A stretch of DNA of 33,781 nucleotides, taken from IMG/VR virus record IMGVR_UViG_640753025_000002; one strand, given 5' to 3'. A program made the translations under genes and the position numbers. The notes beneath the pieces were generated by a model. The model ran no database searches and was not told the origin of the DNA. It saw only the letters and a program-made list of their open reading frames with translations. This stretch comes from a virus. Its lineage: Duplodnaviria > Heunggongvirae > Uroviricota > Caudoviricetes. Positions 1-8,743 of the stretch are shown piece after piece (within the stretch, counting starts at the first letter, position 1; every line of letters begins with the position of its first letter).

Positions 1-1032
1 TCAAAAACTTGCTATTGATGTTGGTAGTGTTGCCAGCGGATTAAACCGTAATGCAGTTTCCAGGTGATCCGGTGCCAGATGTGCGTAACGCATAGTCATT
101 TTTATATCGTGATGCCCGAGAATTTTTTGTAAGGCCAGGATATTTCCACCCGACATCATGAAGTGCGCCGCAAACGTATGGCGCAGAACGTGTGTCAGTT
201 GACCGCGAGGGAGCACGATAGACGTTTTTTCCATCACGGATAAAAATTGAAAATAGCAGTCTGTAAAGAAATTGAACCCATCAAGCGCCATGATCTCTTC
301 GTAAAGCTCTTTACTGATAGGGATGCTTCTGTTTTTCTTCCCCTTCGTTCTTACAAAGGTAATTCGGTATTTGGTCACCTGTGAGCGGGTAAGATTTACG
401 GCTTCACGCCAACGTGCGCCTGTGCTTAAGCATATCTTAACTACCAGTGCCAGAATTGGGTCCTGACGTTTGCAATCAGCCAGCAATTCAACAATCTGCT
501 CATGGGTAAGCCATGCCATCTCTTTTTCTGCGATGGTGAATTTTCGCATGTTCTCCAGTGGGTTCGGATACGACCATTCGCCCAGGCGGGATAGTTCGCT
601 AAAAACACTACTTAGATAGCTTTGCTCCAGGTTAATGGTGACCGGGCTTGCTCCTTTCTTCCATTTCTCGCTGAAGTAGATCTCACCTGTCAGGCGTTTA
701 TCTCGATAGTGGGCAAACATTTTAGATGTGAGATCAGTTGCAAGGGGATTGCCCAGAGCGTCAACCATCAGCAGCAATTTGTCATAGACATGCTGCCCAG
801 CAGTCAGTGATTTACCATGTAGTTTGAACCATAGCTCAACCACGTCTTTCAGTGTTCGACGATCCACTGATTCACCCAGCCAGGGCTTTGCTTCGGTTTC
901 TTCCATCGTGTGACGCTCAAAAGCCAGTGCTTCGCCTTTGGTGGCGAATTGTTTACGCACACGACGCCCACTACGTCCGGCGGGGTAACATTCGCAAAGC
1001 CATTTTCCTGTGGTGAGTTTTCGTACAGCCAT
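1..1032 (-). CDS. int: Tyrosine recombinase / phage integrase (P2 Int family)
   Basis: Translation begins MAVRKL... (P2 Int begins MAIKKL...) and carries C-terminal catalytic motifs (ARWREA, HVLRHTFA, MRYAHL). GGAGG-like RBS precedes the ATG at 1032. The in-frame upstream extension to 1188 in the ORF track is not supported by homology. Confidence 0.9.
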   Translation of the reverse strand: MAVRKLTTGKWLCECYPAGRSGRRVRKQFATKGEALAFERHTMEETEAKPWLGESVDRRTLKDVVELWFKLHGKSLTAGQHVYDKLLLMVDALGNPLATDLTSKMFAHYRDKRLTGEIYFSEKWKKGASPVTINLEQSYLSSVFSELSRLGEWSYPNPLENMRKFTIAEKEMAWLTHEQIVELLADCKRQDPILALVVKICLSTGARWREAVNLTRSQVTKYRITFVRTKGKKNRSIPISKELYEEIMALDGFNFFTDCYFQFLSVMEKTSIVLPRGQLTHVLRHTFAAHFMMSGGNILALQKILGHHDIKMTMRYAHLAPDHLETALRFNPLATLPTSIASF

Positions 1033-1220
1033 AAAAAATGCCCTCCAATAGAGAGCATTTTTACTGTATGTATAACCAGTGTCAATGTATGAAATCCTGC
1101 GACCATACATCTCACTGAAGCCATAATGAAGTAGGCTATTCTTTTTGCTATGTGAGCATGTAACTTTTGCGGTTAACCTGTGGCTCATTTTTATTTTAGG
1201 CGCAGATATAAAAGCAAAAG

Positions 1221-1412
1221 TTATCGTGAGTTTTTAGTACAGATTTTTTTGGATTTACTAATAGTTCCATCATTGCAAACGAATTTGCCATCAGAGGTAC
1301 AGTGAGAAACACCTCCCTTTTTCCCTGAGCAGGGATAATTTCTAGCATAGGTAGCTAGTGGGTTTAATAACAAAGAACATGACAAAACCACAAAAAATAC
1401 CTTACCAAGCAT
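1221..1412 (-). CDS. Small secreted protein (63 aa), N-terminal signal peptide, 4 Cys in mature part; function unknown
   Basis: Strong RBS (GGGAGGAA) 5-6 nt upstream of the ATG; starts 15 bp after the cI stop, same strand as cI and int; AT-rich; hydrophobic N-terminus [23 protein letters not shown] followed by a K/C-rich mature peptide. Confidence 0.5.
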   Translation of the reverse strand: MLGKVFFVVLSCSLLLNPLATYARNYPCSGKKGGVSHCTSDGKFVCNDGTISKSKKICTKNSR

Positions 1413-1427
1413 AATTTCCTCCCGGTA

Positions 1428-1997
1428 CTATTTAACATACTTGACTGTTAAGCTTATAATTTTACCAATTATTTCAATGTCTTCTATCTTGCATTCGAAG
1501 GCTCTGTTTCCACCCTCGACGAAGATTCTTCCACCGGGTAAACGAGTAATGTCACGGATCGTTATTTCGCCATCAATACTTATTACCCATTTACCATCAC
1601 GTATATCATCAAATTCCTTATCACAAATAAATTCAGAATTATTATCTGTGATTACAAAAAGATTCTTGAATGCCGACGGTAGAAATTCTCTATCGAAAAT
1701 ATAAAAACCGTCTTCACACAAGGCCCCATCAGATAATACATATTTAGCAACTTCCATAGTATTTGTATTACCTGAAGTTTGCTTTGAACCATGCCCGGTT
1801 GTGAGCCAATTAAGCGAGGTGCCTGTTTCAAGGGCGCACTGGATTACCCATTCTGCTGGGAATGAGTCACGCATGTAGCGTGTGGCGAGTGTACTTTTAG
1901 AGATTCCTAAATGATCGCACAACGCCTGTCGAGTCTTGAATCCATAAGCTTCTACCATGCGCTCTATAGCGCCTCGTCCGCCTTTCTCCAAATTCAT
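1428..1997 (-). CDS. cI: CI-type immunity repressor (186 CI-like; N-terminal HTH, C-terminal oligomerisation domain)
   Basis: About 190 aa; conserved pattern AYGF...LS.RY.R...CALETG..L.WL.TG.G typical of 186-type CI; ATG at 1997 preceded by GGAG; divergent from apl/cII. No LexA-like Ser-Lys autocleavage motif seen. Confidence 0.8.
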   Translation of the reverse strand: MNLEKGGRGAIERMVEAYGFKTRQALCDHLGISKSTLATRYMRDSFPAEWVIQCALETGTSLNWLTTGHGSKQTSGNTNTMEVAKYVLSDGALCEDGFYIFDREFLPSAFKNLFVITDNNSEFICDKEFDDIRDGKWVISIDGEITIRDITRLPGGRIFVEGGNRAFECKIEDIEIIGKIISLTVKYVK

Positions 1998-2021
1998 GGT
2001 CACTCCAAGTGAACTTTTATC

Positions 2022-2050
2022 TTGACGATTTCACTGTGCGATCGTATGTT
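2022..2050 (+). promoter_or_regulatory. Putative early rightward promoter (pR-like) in the cI/apl switch region
   Basis: TTGACG, 17-nt spacer, TATGTT in the 125-bp divergent intergenic region upstream of apl; position analogous to 186 pR. Not verified. Confidence 0.35.
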
Positions 2051-2122
2051 TATGGTGTTCACAAAATACAAACGATCCGTATTCGTCCTGATTAATCATC
2101 ATTAAACGAGGAATGTTGCATC

Positions 2123-2344
2123 ATGAGACCTAACATTTCAATCACTCTTACCACGCCTCATGTGACTATTGAACGCTATAGCGAGCTGACAGGGCTATCC
2201 ATCGATACCATCAATGACATGTTGGCTGATGGACGCCTTATCCGTCACCGTCTGCGCAAAGATAAAAAACGCGAAAAAGTGATGATCAACATAGCAGCAA
2301 TGACCGTTGATGCGCTTTCAGAATGCAATCTAAACCTTAATTAG
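2123..2344 (+). CDS. apl: Apl/Cox-like excisionase and transcriptional regulator (HTH)
   Basis: 73-aa first gene of the rightward early operon, divergent from cI; HTH-like segment [21 protein letters not shown]; position matches 186 apl / P2 cox. Confidence 0.7.
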   Translation: MRPNISITLTTPHVTIERYSELTGLSIDTINDMLADGRLIRHRLRKDKKREKVMINIAAMTVDALSECNLNLN

Positions 2345-2376
2345 TTCGATTCTGAGATACATCAGAGGCATTGACC

Positions 2377-2886
2377 ATGTTTGATTACCAAGTTTCCAAA
2401 CATCCACATTTTGATGAAGCCTGTCGTGCATTCGCATTGCGCCACAACCTGGTGCAACTGGCAGAACGTGCTGGCATGAATGTGCAGATTCTGCGGAACA
2501 AGCTGAACCCAGCTCAACCTCATTTATTAACCGCACCAGAAATCTGGCTGCTTACCGATCTGACTGAAGATTCAACGCTGGTAGATGGTTTTCTGGCACA
2601 GATTCATTGTCTGCCATGTGTACCGATTAATGAGGTGGCAAAAGAGAAACTGCCACATTACGTCATGAGTGCAACCGCAGAGATCGGGCGTGTTGCTGCA
2701 GGTGCGGTATCTGGCGATGTAAAAACCTGTGCCGGTCGTCGTGATGCTATCAGCAGCATTAACTCTGTAACACGACTGATGGCGCTGGCGGCTGTTTCAT
2801 TGCAGGCCCGTTTACAGGCTAATCCTGCGATGGCGAGTGCAGTTGATACCGTGACTGGCCTCGGTGCTTCATTCGGTTTGCTGTGA
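2377..2886 (+). CDS. cII: CII-like lysogeny-establishment regulator
   Basis: 169 aa from the ATG at 2377 (RBS AGAGG 8 nt upstream), the same length as 186 CII; second gene of the early operon. Confidence 0.6.
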   Translation: MFDYQVSKHPHFDEACRAFALRHNLVQLAERAGMNVQILRNKLNPAQPHLLTAPEIWLLTDLTEDSTLVDGFLAQIHCLPCVPINEVAKEKLPHYVMSATAEIGRVAAGAVSGDVKTCAGRRDAISSINSVTRLMALAAVSLQARLQANPAMASAVDTVTGLGASFGLL

Positions 2887-2893
2887 GGTGCTT

Positions 2894-3094
2894 ATGCTGA
2901 CGAAAGAACCATCATTTGCATCGCTGCTGGTAAAACAAAGCCCGGCAATGCACTACGGTCACGGCTGGATCATGGGTGAGGATGGTAAACGCTGGCATCC
3001 GTGCCGTTCACAAGATGAATTGCTGGCAGAACTATCTACGAAAAAACGGGGGAACAAATGGCTATTGAAGGCACTGCGGCGACTGTTCCATTAA
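2894..3094 (+). CDS. Hypothetical early protein (66 aa)
   Basis: ATG at 2894 with GAGGTG RBS just after the cII stop; occupies the position of 186 fil. No motif recognised. Confidence 0.4.
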   Translation: MLTKEPSFASLLVKQSPAMHYGHGWIMGEDGKRWHPCRSQDELLAELSTKKRGNKWLLKALRRLFH

Positions 3095-3399
3095 GCCCCG
3101 GTGAACGCCTGAATGGACTTAATCACATTGCGGAATTAAGGGCGAAAGTTTTTGGCCTGAATATTGAGTCAGAGCTTGAGCGGTTTATTAAAGATATGCG
3201 TGATCCATGGGATATCAATAATGAACAAAATAAAAGGGCACTGGCTGCCATATTCTTTATGGCAAAAATTCCAGCTGAACGTCATAGCACCAGCATTAAT
3301 GAGCTGACCACTGACGAAAAGCGGGAGTTGATTAAAGCAATGAATCATTTTCGTGCAGTGGTGAGCTTATTTCCCAGACGGCTAACCATGCCGAATTAA
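3058..3399 (+). CDS. Hypothetical early protein (113 aa)
   Basis: ORF in the early operon, overlapping the upstream gene by 37 nt; no motif recognised. Confidence 0.4.
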   Translation: MAIEGTAATVPLSPGERLNGLNHIAELRAKVFGLNIESELERFIKDMRDPWDINNEQNKRALAAIFFMAKIPAERHSTSINELTTDEKRELIKAMNHFRAVVSLFPRRLTMPN

Positions 3400-3466
3400 C
3401 CAACTAATGAAATTAATGGCGTAAACCCGCCGGGCATCCCTTTATCTAAATTCAGGAGAATTGATT

Positions 3467-3700
3467 ATGCGTAATATTGAAATCCTCACGACTAAAACCG
3501 GACCGGATGACGCAGGGCTTAATATTTTACTGACAGAGGCTCGTCTGGAAGAACGCCGGGCAAGGGCTGAAGCAATGGCAGCTCGCCTTGATAGCCTGGC
3601 GTGTCATATCACATCCCGCCAGCTAAACCACGTCGAAGCAGCAGAACTGCTGCGTGTGACTGCTGAAGCAATCCAGAGCGAAGCGCAGGAGATCCACTAA
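3467..3700 (+). CDS. Hypothetical early protein (77 aa)
   Basis: ATG at 3467 with AGGAG RBS 8 nt upstream; stop overlaps the next start (TAATG). Confidence 0.45.
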   Translation: MRNIEILTTKTGPDDAGLNILLTEARLEERRARAEAMAARLDSLACHITSRQLNHVEAAELLRVTAEAIQSEAQEIH

Positions 3701-3927
3701 TGGCTGATGCAATGGATCTCGTACAGCAGCGCGTTGAAGAAGAACGCCAGCGCCATATCCGTGCTGCCCGTGCCAAAACACCGGGCGTGTCTCGCGTGCT
3801 TTGTATTGAATGTGAAGCGCCAATTCCGCCAGCACGCCGCCGCGCCATTCCGGGTGTGCAGCTTTGCATTACCTGTCAGGAAATCGCAGAGCTGAAAGGC
3901 AAACATTACAACGGAGGTGTTGTATGA
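3700..3927 (+). CDS. TraR/DksA-family C4 zinc-finger protein
   Basis: 75 aa with CxxC-x17-CxxC (CIECEAP...CITCQ), typical of phage TraR-like zinc fingers; AGGAG RBS. Confidence 0.65.
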   Translation: MADAMDLVQQRVEEERQRHIRAARAKTPGVSRVLCIECEAPIPPARRRAIPGVQLCITCQEIAELKGKHYNGGVV

Positions 3928-4781
3928 GCACCATCCTGAAATGGGCGGGAAATAAAACCGCCATTATGTCCGAACTGAAAAAACATCTTCCTGCTGGCCC
4001 GCGACTGGTTGAACCTTTCGCGGGGTCCTGTGCTGTGATGATGGAGACGGATTATCCCAGCTATCTGGTTGCGGATATTAATCCTGATTTAATCAACCTC
4101 TATAAAAAGGTTGCCGCTGATTGTGAATCGTTTATATCTCGCGCCAGAGTTTTATTTGAGATCGCAAACAGGGAGGTGGCTTATTACAACATAAGGCAGG
4201 AGTTTAATTACTCAACTGAAATTACTGATTTCATGAAAGCGGTATATTTCCTGTATCTCAATCGTCACGGTTACCGTGGTTTATGTCGCTATAACAAGAG
4301 CGGGCATTTCAACATTCCCTACGGTAATTATAAAAATCCGTATTTCCCTGAAAAAGAAATTCGCGCATTTGCAGAAAAGGCCCAGCGAGCAACGTTTATC
4401 TGCGCCAGCTTTGATGAAACGCTGGCGATGTTGAAGGCGGGAGATGTGGTGTATTGCGATCCGCCGTATGACGGTACGTTTTCCGGCTATCACACTGATG
4501 GTTTCACTGAAGATGACCAGTATCACCTGGCATCCGTTCTTGAACATCGGTCATCAGAAGGACATCCGGTCATTGTTTCTAACAGTGACACATCCCTGAT
4601 CCGTTCGCTGTATCGCAATTTTACTCACCACTATATCAAGGTAAAACGCAGCATCGGTGTGGCAGCTGGCGAGGGTAAATCAGCAACAGAAATCATTGCT
4701 GTTTCCGGGCCGCGCTGCTGGATGGGATTTGATTATTCGCGTGGCGTGGATAGTTCTGCCGTGTACGGAGTACGTGCATGA
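3924..4781 (+). CDS. dam: DNA adenine methyltransferase (Dam, N6-adenine GATC MTase family)
   Basis: Begins [11 protein letters not shown]; AdoMet motif FAGSCAV and catalytic DPPY motif (gatccgccgtat near 4447); GGAGG RBS before the ATG at 3924; the upstream extension to 3864 is rejected. Confidence 0.85.
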   Translation: MSTILKWAGNKTAIMSELKKHLPAGPRLVEPFAGSCAVMMETDYPSYLVADINPDLINLYKKVAADCESFISRARVLFEIANREVAYYNIRQEFNYSTEITDFMKAVYFLYLNRHGYRGLCRYNKSGHFNIPYGNYKNPYFPEKEIRAFAEKAQRATFICASFDETLAMLKAGDVVYCDPPYDGTFSGYHTDGFTEDDQYHLASVLEHRSSEGHPVIVSNSDTSLIRSLYRNFTHHYIKVKRSIGVAAGEGKSATEIIAVSGPRCWMGFDYSRGVDSSAVYGVRA

Positions 4782-7192
4782 GTCATGCCGATATGAACAA
4801 CTGCTGCGGCTTTAACGAGGCTGCCGCAGCGTTCTCATGGAACAGCCCGAAAAAGGCCATTAACCCTTATCTGGACCCGGCGGAAGTTGCGCCGGTTTCT
4901 ACGCTTTCAAACCTGATCACTCTGTACGCTGCCGATAACGAGCAGGAACAGTTGCGCCGCGAGGCACTGAGTGATCAGGTCTGGGAGCGTTATTTCTTTA
5001 ATGAATCACGTGATCCTGTCCAGCGCGAAATGGAGCAGGATAAGCTCATTAGCCGGGCAAAGCTGGCGCATGAGCAGCAGCGTTTTAATTCAGACATGGT
5101 CATTCTGGCGGACGTCAACGCCCAGCCTTCCCATATCAGCAAGCCGCTGATGCAACGTATTGAATACTTCAGCAGCCTGGGCAGGCCAAAGGCTTATTCC
5201 CGCTATTTACGTGAGACGATTAAGCCATGTCTGGAACGACTGGAGCATGTACGCGACAGTCAGCTATCTGCATCTTTTCGCTTTATGGCAAGCCATGAAG
5301 GGCTGGACGGCCTGCTGATCCTGCCTGAAATGAGTCAGGATCAGGTGAAACGCCTGTCCACCTTGGTAGCTGCGCATATGAGTATGTGCCTTGATGCAGC
5401 TTGTGGTGATTTGTATGCCACCGATGACGTTAAGCCAGAAGAAATCCGCAAGACATGGGAAAAGGTGGCAGCGGAAACCCTGCGTCTGGATGTCATCCCG
5501 CCTGCGTTTGAGCAACTCCGTCGGAAAAGAAACCGCCGTAAACCCGTGCCCTATGAACTCATTCCGGGTTCGCTGGCGCGTATGCTGTGCGCCGACTGGT
5601 GGTATCGGAAATTGTGGAAGATGCGTTGCGAATGGCGGGAAGAGCAGTTGCGTGCTGTCTGCCTGGTCAGCAAAAAAGCATCTCCCTATGTCAGCTATGA
5701 AGCCGTGATGCATAAACGTGAGCAGCGCCGTAAGTCACTGGAGTTTTTCCGTTCTCATGAACTGGTGAACGAAGACGGAGACGCGCTGGATATGGAAGAT
5801 GTGGTAAACGCCAGCAGCAGCAACCCGGCGCATCGTCGCAATGAGATGATGGCCTGTGTTAAAGGTCTGGAGCTTATCGCGGAAATGCGCGGTGACTGCG
5901 CCGTTTTCTACACCATTACCTGTCCGTCACGTTTCCATTCCACGCTCAATAACGGCAGACCCAACCCGACATGGACAAATGCGACGGTAAGACAAAGCAG
6001 CGATTATCTGGTCGGTACGTTTGCTGCATTTCGTAAGGCGATGCACAAAGCCGGGTTGCGCTGGTATGGCGTGCGGGTGGCTGAGCCGCATCATGACGGC
6101 ACAGTTCACTGGCACCTGTTGTGTTTCATGCGCAAAAAAGACCGCCGCGCCATTACTGCATTGTTGCGTAAGTTTGCTATCCGTGAAGACCGTGAGGAGC
6201 TGGGCAATAACACGGGGCCGCGCTTTAAGTCTGAGCTGATTAACCCGCGAAAAGGAACGCCGACAAGCTACATCGCGAAATACATCAGTAAGAACATTGA
6301 TGGGCGTGGTCTGGCTGGCGAAATCAGCAAGGAAACGGGTAAATCCCTGCGTGATAACGCTGAATACGTTAATGCCTGGGCGTCTCTGCATCGTGTTCAG
6401 CAATTTCGCTTCTTTGGTATTCCGGGGCGTCAGGCGTACCGTGAATTGCGATTGCTGGCTGGTCAGGCGGCAAGGCAACAGGGTGACAAAAAAGCAGGTG
6501 CGCCGGTACTGGATAACCCGCGCCTTGATGCCATTCTGGCTGCTGCTGATGCTGGTTGTTTTGCCACCTACATTATGAAGCAGGGCGGCGTACTGGTTCC
6601 CCGCAAATATCACCTTATCAGAACAGCTTATGAAATTAACGAAGAGCCGACCGCCTATGGCGATCACGGTATTCGTATTTATGGCATCTGGTCACCCATT
6701 GCAGAGGGCAAGATTTGTACTCATGCAGTGAAGTGGAAAATGGTTCGTAAGGCCGTTGACGTTCAGGAGGCGGCAGCCGACCAGGGCGCTTGCGCCCCTT
6801 GGACTCGTGGCAATAACTGTCCCCTTGCTGAAAATTTGAACCAACAGGAGAAAGATAAATCAGCTGATGGGGACCCCAGAACGGACTTTACCCGCATGGA
6901 TGACAAGGAGTTGCACGATTACCTGCACAGTATGAACAAAAAGGAGCGCCGGGAACTGGCTGCAAGGTTACGTCTGGTGAAACCGAAACGGCGTAGAGAC
7001 TACAAACAGCGAATTACAGACCATCAACGACAGCAGCTCGTCTATGAACTGAAATCCAGAGGATTTGATGGCAGCGAGAAAGAGGTCGATTTACTCCTTC
7101 GCGGCGGCAGTATTCCGTCAGGAGCAGGCCTGCGTATCTTCTATCGGAACCAGCGTTTGCAGGAAGATGATAAGTGGCGGAACCTGTATTAA
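4778..7192 (+). CDS. A: Rolling-circle replication initiator/endonuclease (P2 gpA family)
   Basis: 804 aa; HUH-type motif [13 protein letters not shown] and the tyrosine pair [12 protein letters not shown] seen at the P2 A active site; start overlaps the dam stop (ATGA). Confidence 0.9.
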   Translation: MSHADMNNCCGFNEAAAAFSWNSPKKAINPYLDPAEVAPVSTLSNLITLYAADNEQEQLRREALSDQVWERYFFNESRDPVQREMEQDKLISRAKLAHEQQRFNSDMVILADVNAQPSHISKPLMQRIEYFSSLGRPKAYSRYLRETIKPCLERLEHVRDSQLSASFRFMASHEGLDGLLILPEMSQDQVKRLSTLVAAHMSMCLDAACGDLYATDDVKPEEIRKTWEKVAAETLRLDVIPPAFEQLRRKRNRRKPVPYELIPGSLARMLCADWWYRKLWKMRCEWREEQLRAVCLVSKKASPYVSYEAVMHKREQRRKSLEFFRSHELVNEDGDALDMEDVVNASSSNPAHRRNEMMACVKGLELIAEMRGDCAVFYTITCPSRFHSTLNNGRPNPTWTNATVRQSSDYLVGTFAAFRKAMHKAGLRWYGVRVAEPHHDGTVHWHLLCFMRKKDRRAITALLRKFAIREDREELGNNTGPRFKSELINPRKGTPTSYIAKYISKNIDGRGLAGEISKETGKSLRDNAEYVNAWASLHRVQQFRFFGIPGRQAYRELRLLAGQAARQQGDKKAGAPVLDNPRLDAILAAADAGCFATYIMKQGGVLVPRKYHLIRTAYEINEEPTAYGDHGIRIYGIWSPIAEGKICTHAVKWKMVRKAVDVQEAAADQGACAPWTRGNNCPLAENLNQQEKDKSADGDPRTDFTRMDDKELHDYLHSMNKKERRELAARLRLVKPKRRRDYKQRITDHQRQQLVYELKSRGFDGSEKEVDLLLRGGSIPSGAGLRIFYRNQRLQEDDKWRNLY

Positions 7193-7287
7193 TTACGCTG
7201 GTTAACAATTCGTGCTCTTAATAATACCAGGCATATCAAGCTGATAAGCGTAAAAAAAACGTTTTACATCAGTAAGATTATTATATA

Positions 7288-7303
7288 CTGTAAATATAAA
7301 CAG
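7288..7303. promoter_or_regulatory. LexA operator (SOS box) CTGTAAATATAAACAG
   Basis: Exact CTGT-N8-ACAG with an AT-rich spacer, overlapping a TATACT -10-like hexamer, 44 bp upstream of the 62-aa ORF and DinI-like ORF; analogous to the LexA-controlled p95/tum promoter of phage 186. Confidence 0.7.
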
Positions 7304-7346
7304 TGGTTATACATACAGTATTTCTTGTGGTGTCATAGGAGGAAAG

Positions 7347-7535
7347 ATGCAGGACTATTTTTTGGAGTCTTTGAAGCTCCAGCGCATTGATTTTTTTCTT
7401 AAGCTTGTAGCGGCTAGTGAGTGTAGTGATGAAGAGAAGGGGCTGGCTCTGCAGTGGGTTTCTGAATTGACTGATGAACTCATGGCAAAAATCAGAAGCC
7501 ACGAATACAACCGCTCAATGGATGTCATCAGCTGA
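7347..7535 (+). CDS. Hypothetical protein (62 aa), first gene of the SOS-controlled module; possible antirepressor component
   Basis: AGGAGG RBS 4 nt upstream of the ATG; immediately downstream of the LexA box; acidic small protein. Confidence 0.45.
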   Translation: MQDYFLESLKLQRIDFFLKLVAASECSDEEKGLALQWVSELTDELMAKIRSHEYNRSMDVIS

Positions 7536-7545
7536 GGTGACTTTT

Positions 7546-7779
7546 ATGCGCATTGAAATAATGATCGATAAAGAGCAGAAGATTAGCCAGTCTACCCTGG
7601 ACGCCCTTGAATCCGAGCTTTACCGCAATCTGCGCCCCCTGTATCCCAAAACGGTAATCCGTATCCGTAAAGGTAGCTCTAACGGTGTGGAACTGACCGG
7701 ACTGCAACTGGACGAAGAAAGAAAACAAGTGATGAAAATTATGCAGAAGGTGTGGGAAGACGACAGCTGGCTGCATTGA
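7546..7779 (+). CDS. DinI-family protein (DNA-damage-inducible protein I homolog)
   Basis: 77 aa; begins MRIEI... and ends ...KIMQKVWEDDSWL, alignable by eye to E. coli DinI (MRIEV...ILQETWESADDWF); GAGGTGA RBS. Confidence 0.75.
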   Translation: MRIEIMIDKEQKISQSTLDALESELYRNLRPLYPKTVIRIRKGSSNGVELTGLQLDEERKQVMKIMQKVWEDDSWLH

Positions 7780-7834
7780 TTTTGTCAATAGACGCTTGTT
7801 TTTACTAATCAAAAAGGGTTACATATGAGTGAGA

Positions 7835-7867
7835 GGCGATGTCAATCGGATATCGCCTTGTTTTTTG
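7835..7867 (+). terminator. Putative rho-independent terminator after the SOS module
   Basis: Stem GGCGAT / ATCGCC with an 11-nt loop, followed by TTGTTTTTTG. Confidence 0.5.
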
Positions 7868-7892
7868 TCAAGAAAAGAATAATAGGCTAAAA

Positions 7893-8570
7893 ATGAAAAT
7901 TAATAATGTAGCGTTACCAATATCTCTTGCTGTAATCCTAACTGGTTGCGTGCCACATGCTTCTAACCGAAATATCACTGCTATTGAAGTGGTGAAGCCT
8001 GCTATTGGGCAAAGTGCTACCGCCTACATGGGCGATCCCATTATCACATCTGCTACTGGATTTAAAACGGACGTACTAGAACTTGGTGCGGCTAATGGTG
8101 CATTGTCTTCTATCGCTGCTGGTACATATTGCAGTGAGGGGAATGGAATTTACCGCAATTATCATAACCCTCAAGCTGTTGCGTTAAAAAATCTCTATGG
8201 GCAAATCGGTAACTATGTTGATTATGTTAGTTACGATGCTGCAAAAAATGAGATATCACCGCCAAATGGTACTTCTTATACTGCATCAGAAATTTCTATC
8301 AAACGTGTTCCTGATGGGCTGTGTCGAGTTAGTAACTCATTGGTTAAGACTATCGAATACAATGGAAATGCAGGCGGTGTAATGAAGTTCACCTATCGTG
8401 AATTTGCAAACGATATGGCTCGTGCAGCATTTACAACAGATTTTTCTGTAGATTCTAAGGGAAGTGACGTTATCGCTTACAAAGGTGCCAAGTTCAAAGT
8501 GAACAAGGCTGATAACTCGTCTATTTCTTATACAATTATTTCTGGCTTTGACAAGGCTGTCACGTTCTAG
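7893..8570 (+). CDS. Lipoprotein of unknown function (226 aa)
   Basis: Signal peptide with lipobox LTGC (MKINNVALPISLAVILTGC); AT-rich relative to phage core genes; lies in the variable region between A and cos. The ORF-track start at 7839 runs through the upstream terminator and is rejected. Confidence 0.6.
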   Translation: MKINNVALPISLAVILTGCVPHASNRNITAIEVVKPAIGQSATAYMGDPIITSATGFKTDVLELGAANGALSSIAAGTYCSEGNGIYRNYHNPQAVALKNLYGQIGNYVDYVSYDAAKNEISPPNGTSYTASEISIKRVPDGLCRVSNSLVKTIEYNGNAGGVMKFTYREFANDMARAAFTTDFSVDSKGSDVIAYKGAKFKVNKADNSSISYTIISGFDKAVTF

Positions 8571-8674
8571 TTTTCACGCTTACTGAGTATGTTACGATTT
8601 TGCACATTCTGCATAAGCGCGCATGTCTATGCTGCATGAGATCGCATGATCGTTTGAGGATCTTTTGTGTTAAG

Positions 8675-8699
8675 GCCCGCCAGTTCTGGCGGGCTTTTG
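8675..8699 (+). terminator. Rho-independent terminator downstream of the lipoprotein gene
   Basis: GCCCGCC-(AGTTCT)-GGCGGGC hairpin followed by TTTTG. Confidence 0.6.
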
Positions 8700-8743
8700 C
8701 GTAGATCATGCAGGTGCATGAAAACCACTACATAAAGCGGGCA

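Noticed and set aside
1033-1188. In-frame 52-codon upstream extension of the integrase ORF (track start at 1188)
   Set aside because: The homologous Int N-terminus begins at the ATG at 1032, which has a good RBS; the extension is AT-rich and has no counterpart in P2 Int.
1428-1997. Possibility that the repressor is a LexA/lambda-CI-like self-cleaving (S24 peptidase) repressor
   Set aside because: No Ser-Lys dyad or Ala-Gly cleavage-site context recognisable; the protein matches the 186 CI pattern, and a LexA-controlled DinI/Tum-like module is present instead.
5927-6667. 246-aa minus-strand ORF, and a 149-aa ORF at 5264-5713, inside replication gene A
   Set aside because: Antisense to a well-supported gene carrying HUH and active-site Tyr motifs; no expression signals.
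7839-7892. N-terminal extension of the lipoprotein ORF (track start at 7839) and of the dam ORF (3864-3923)
   Set aside because: The 7839 extension reads through a terminator hairpin and lacks an RBS; the true starts at 7893 (signal peptide) and 3924 (GGAGG RBS, MSTILKW) are better supported.
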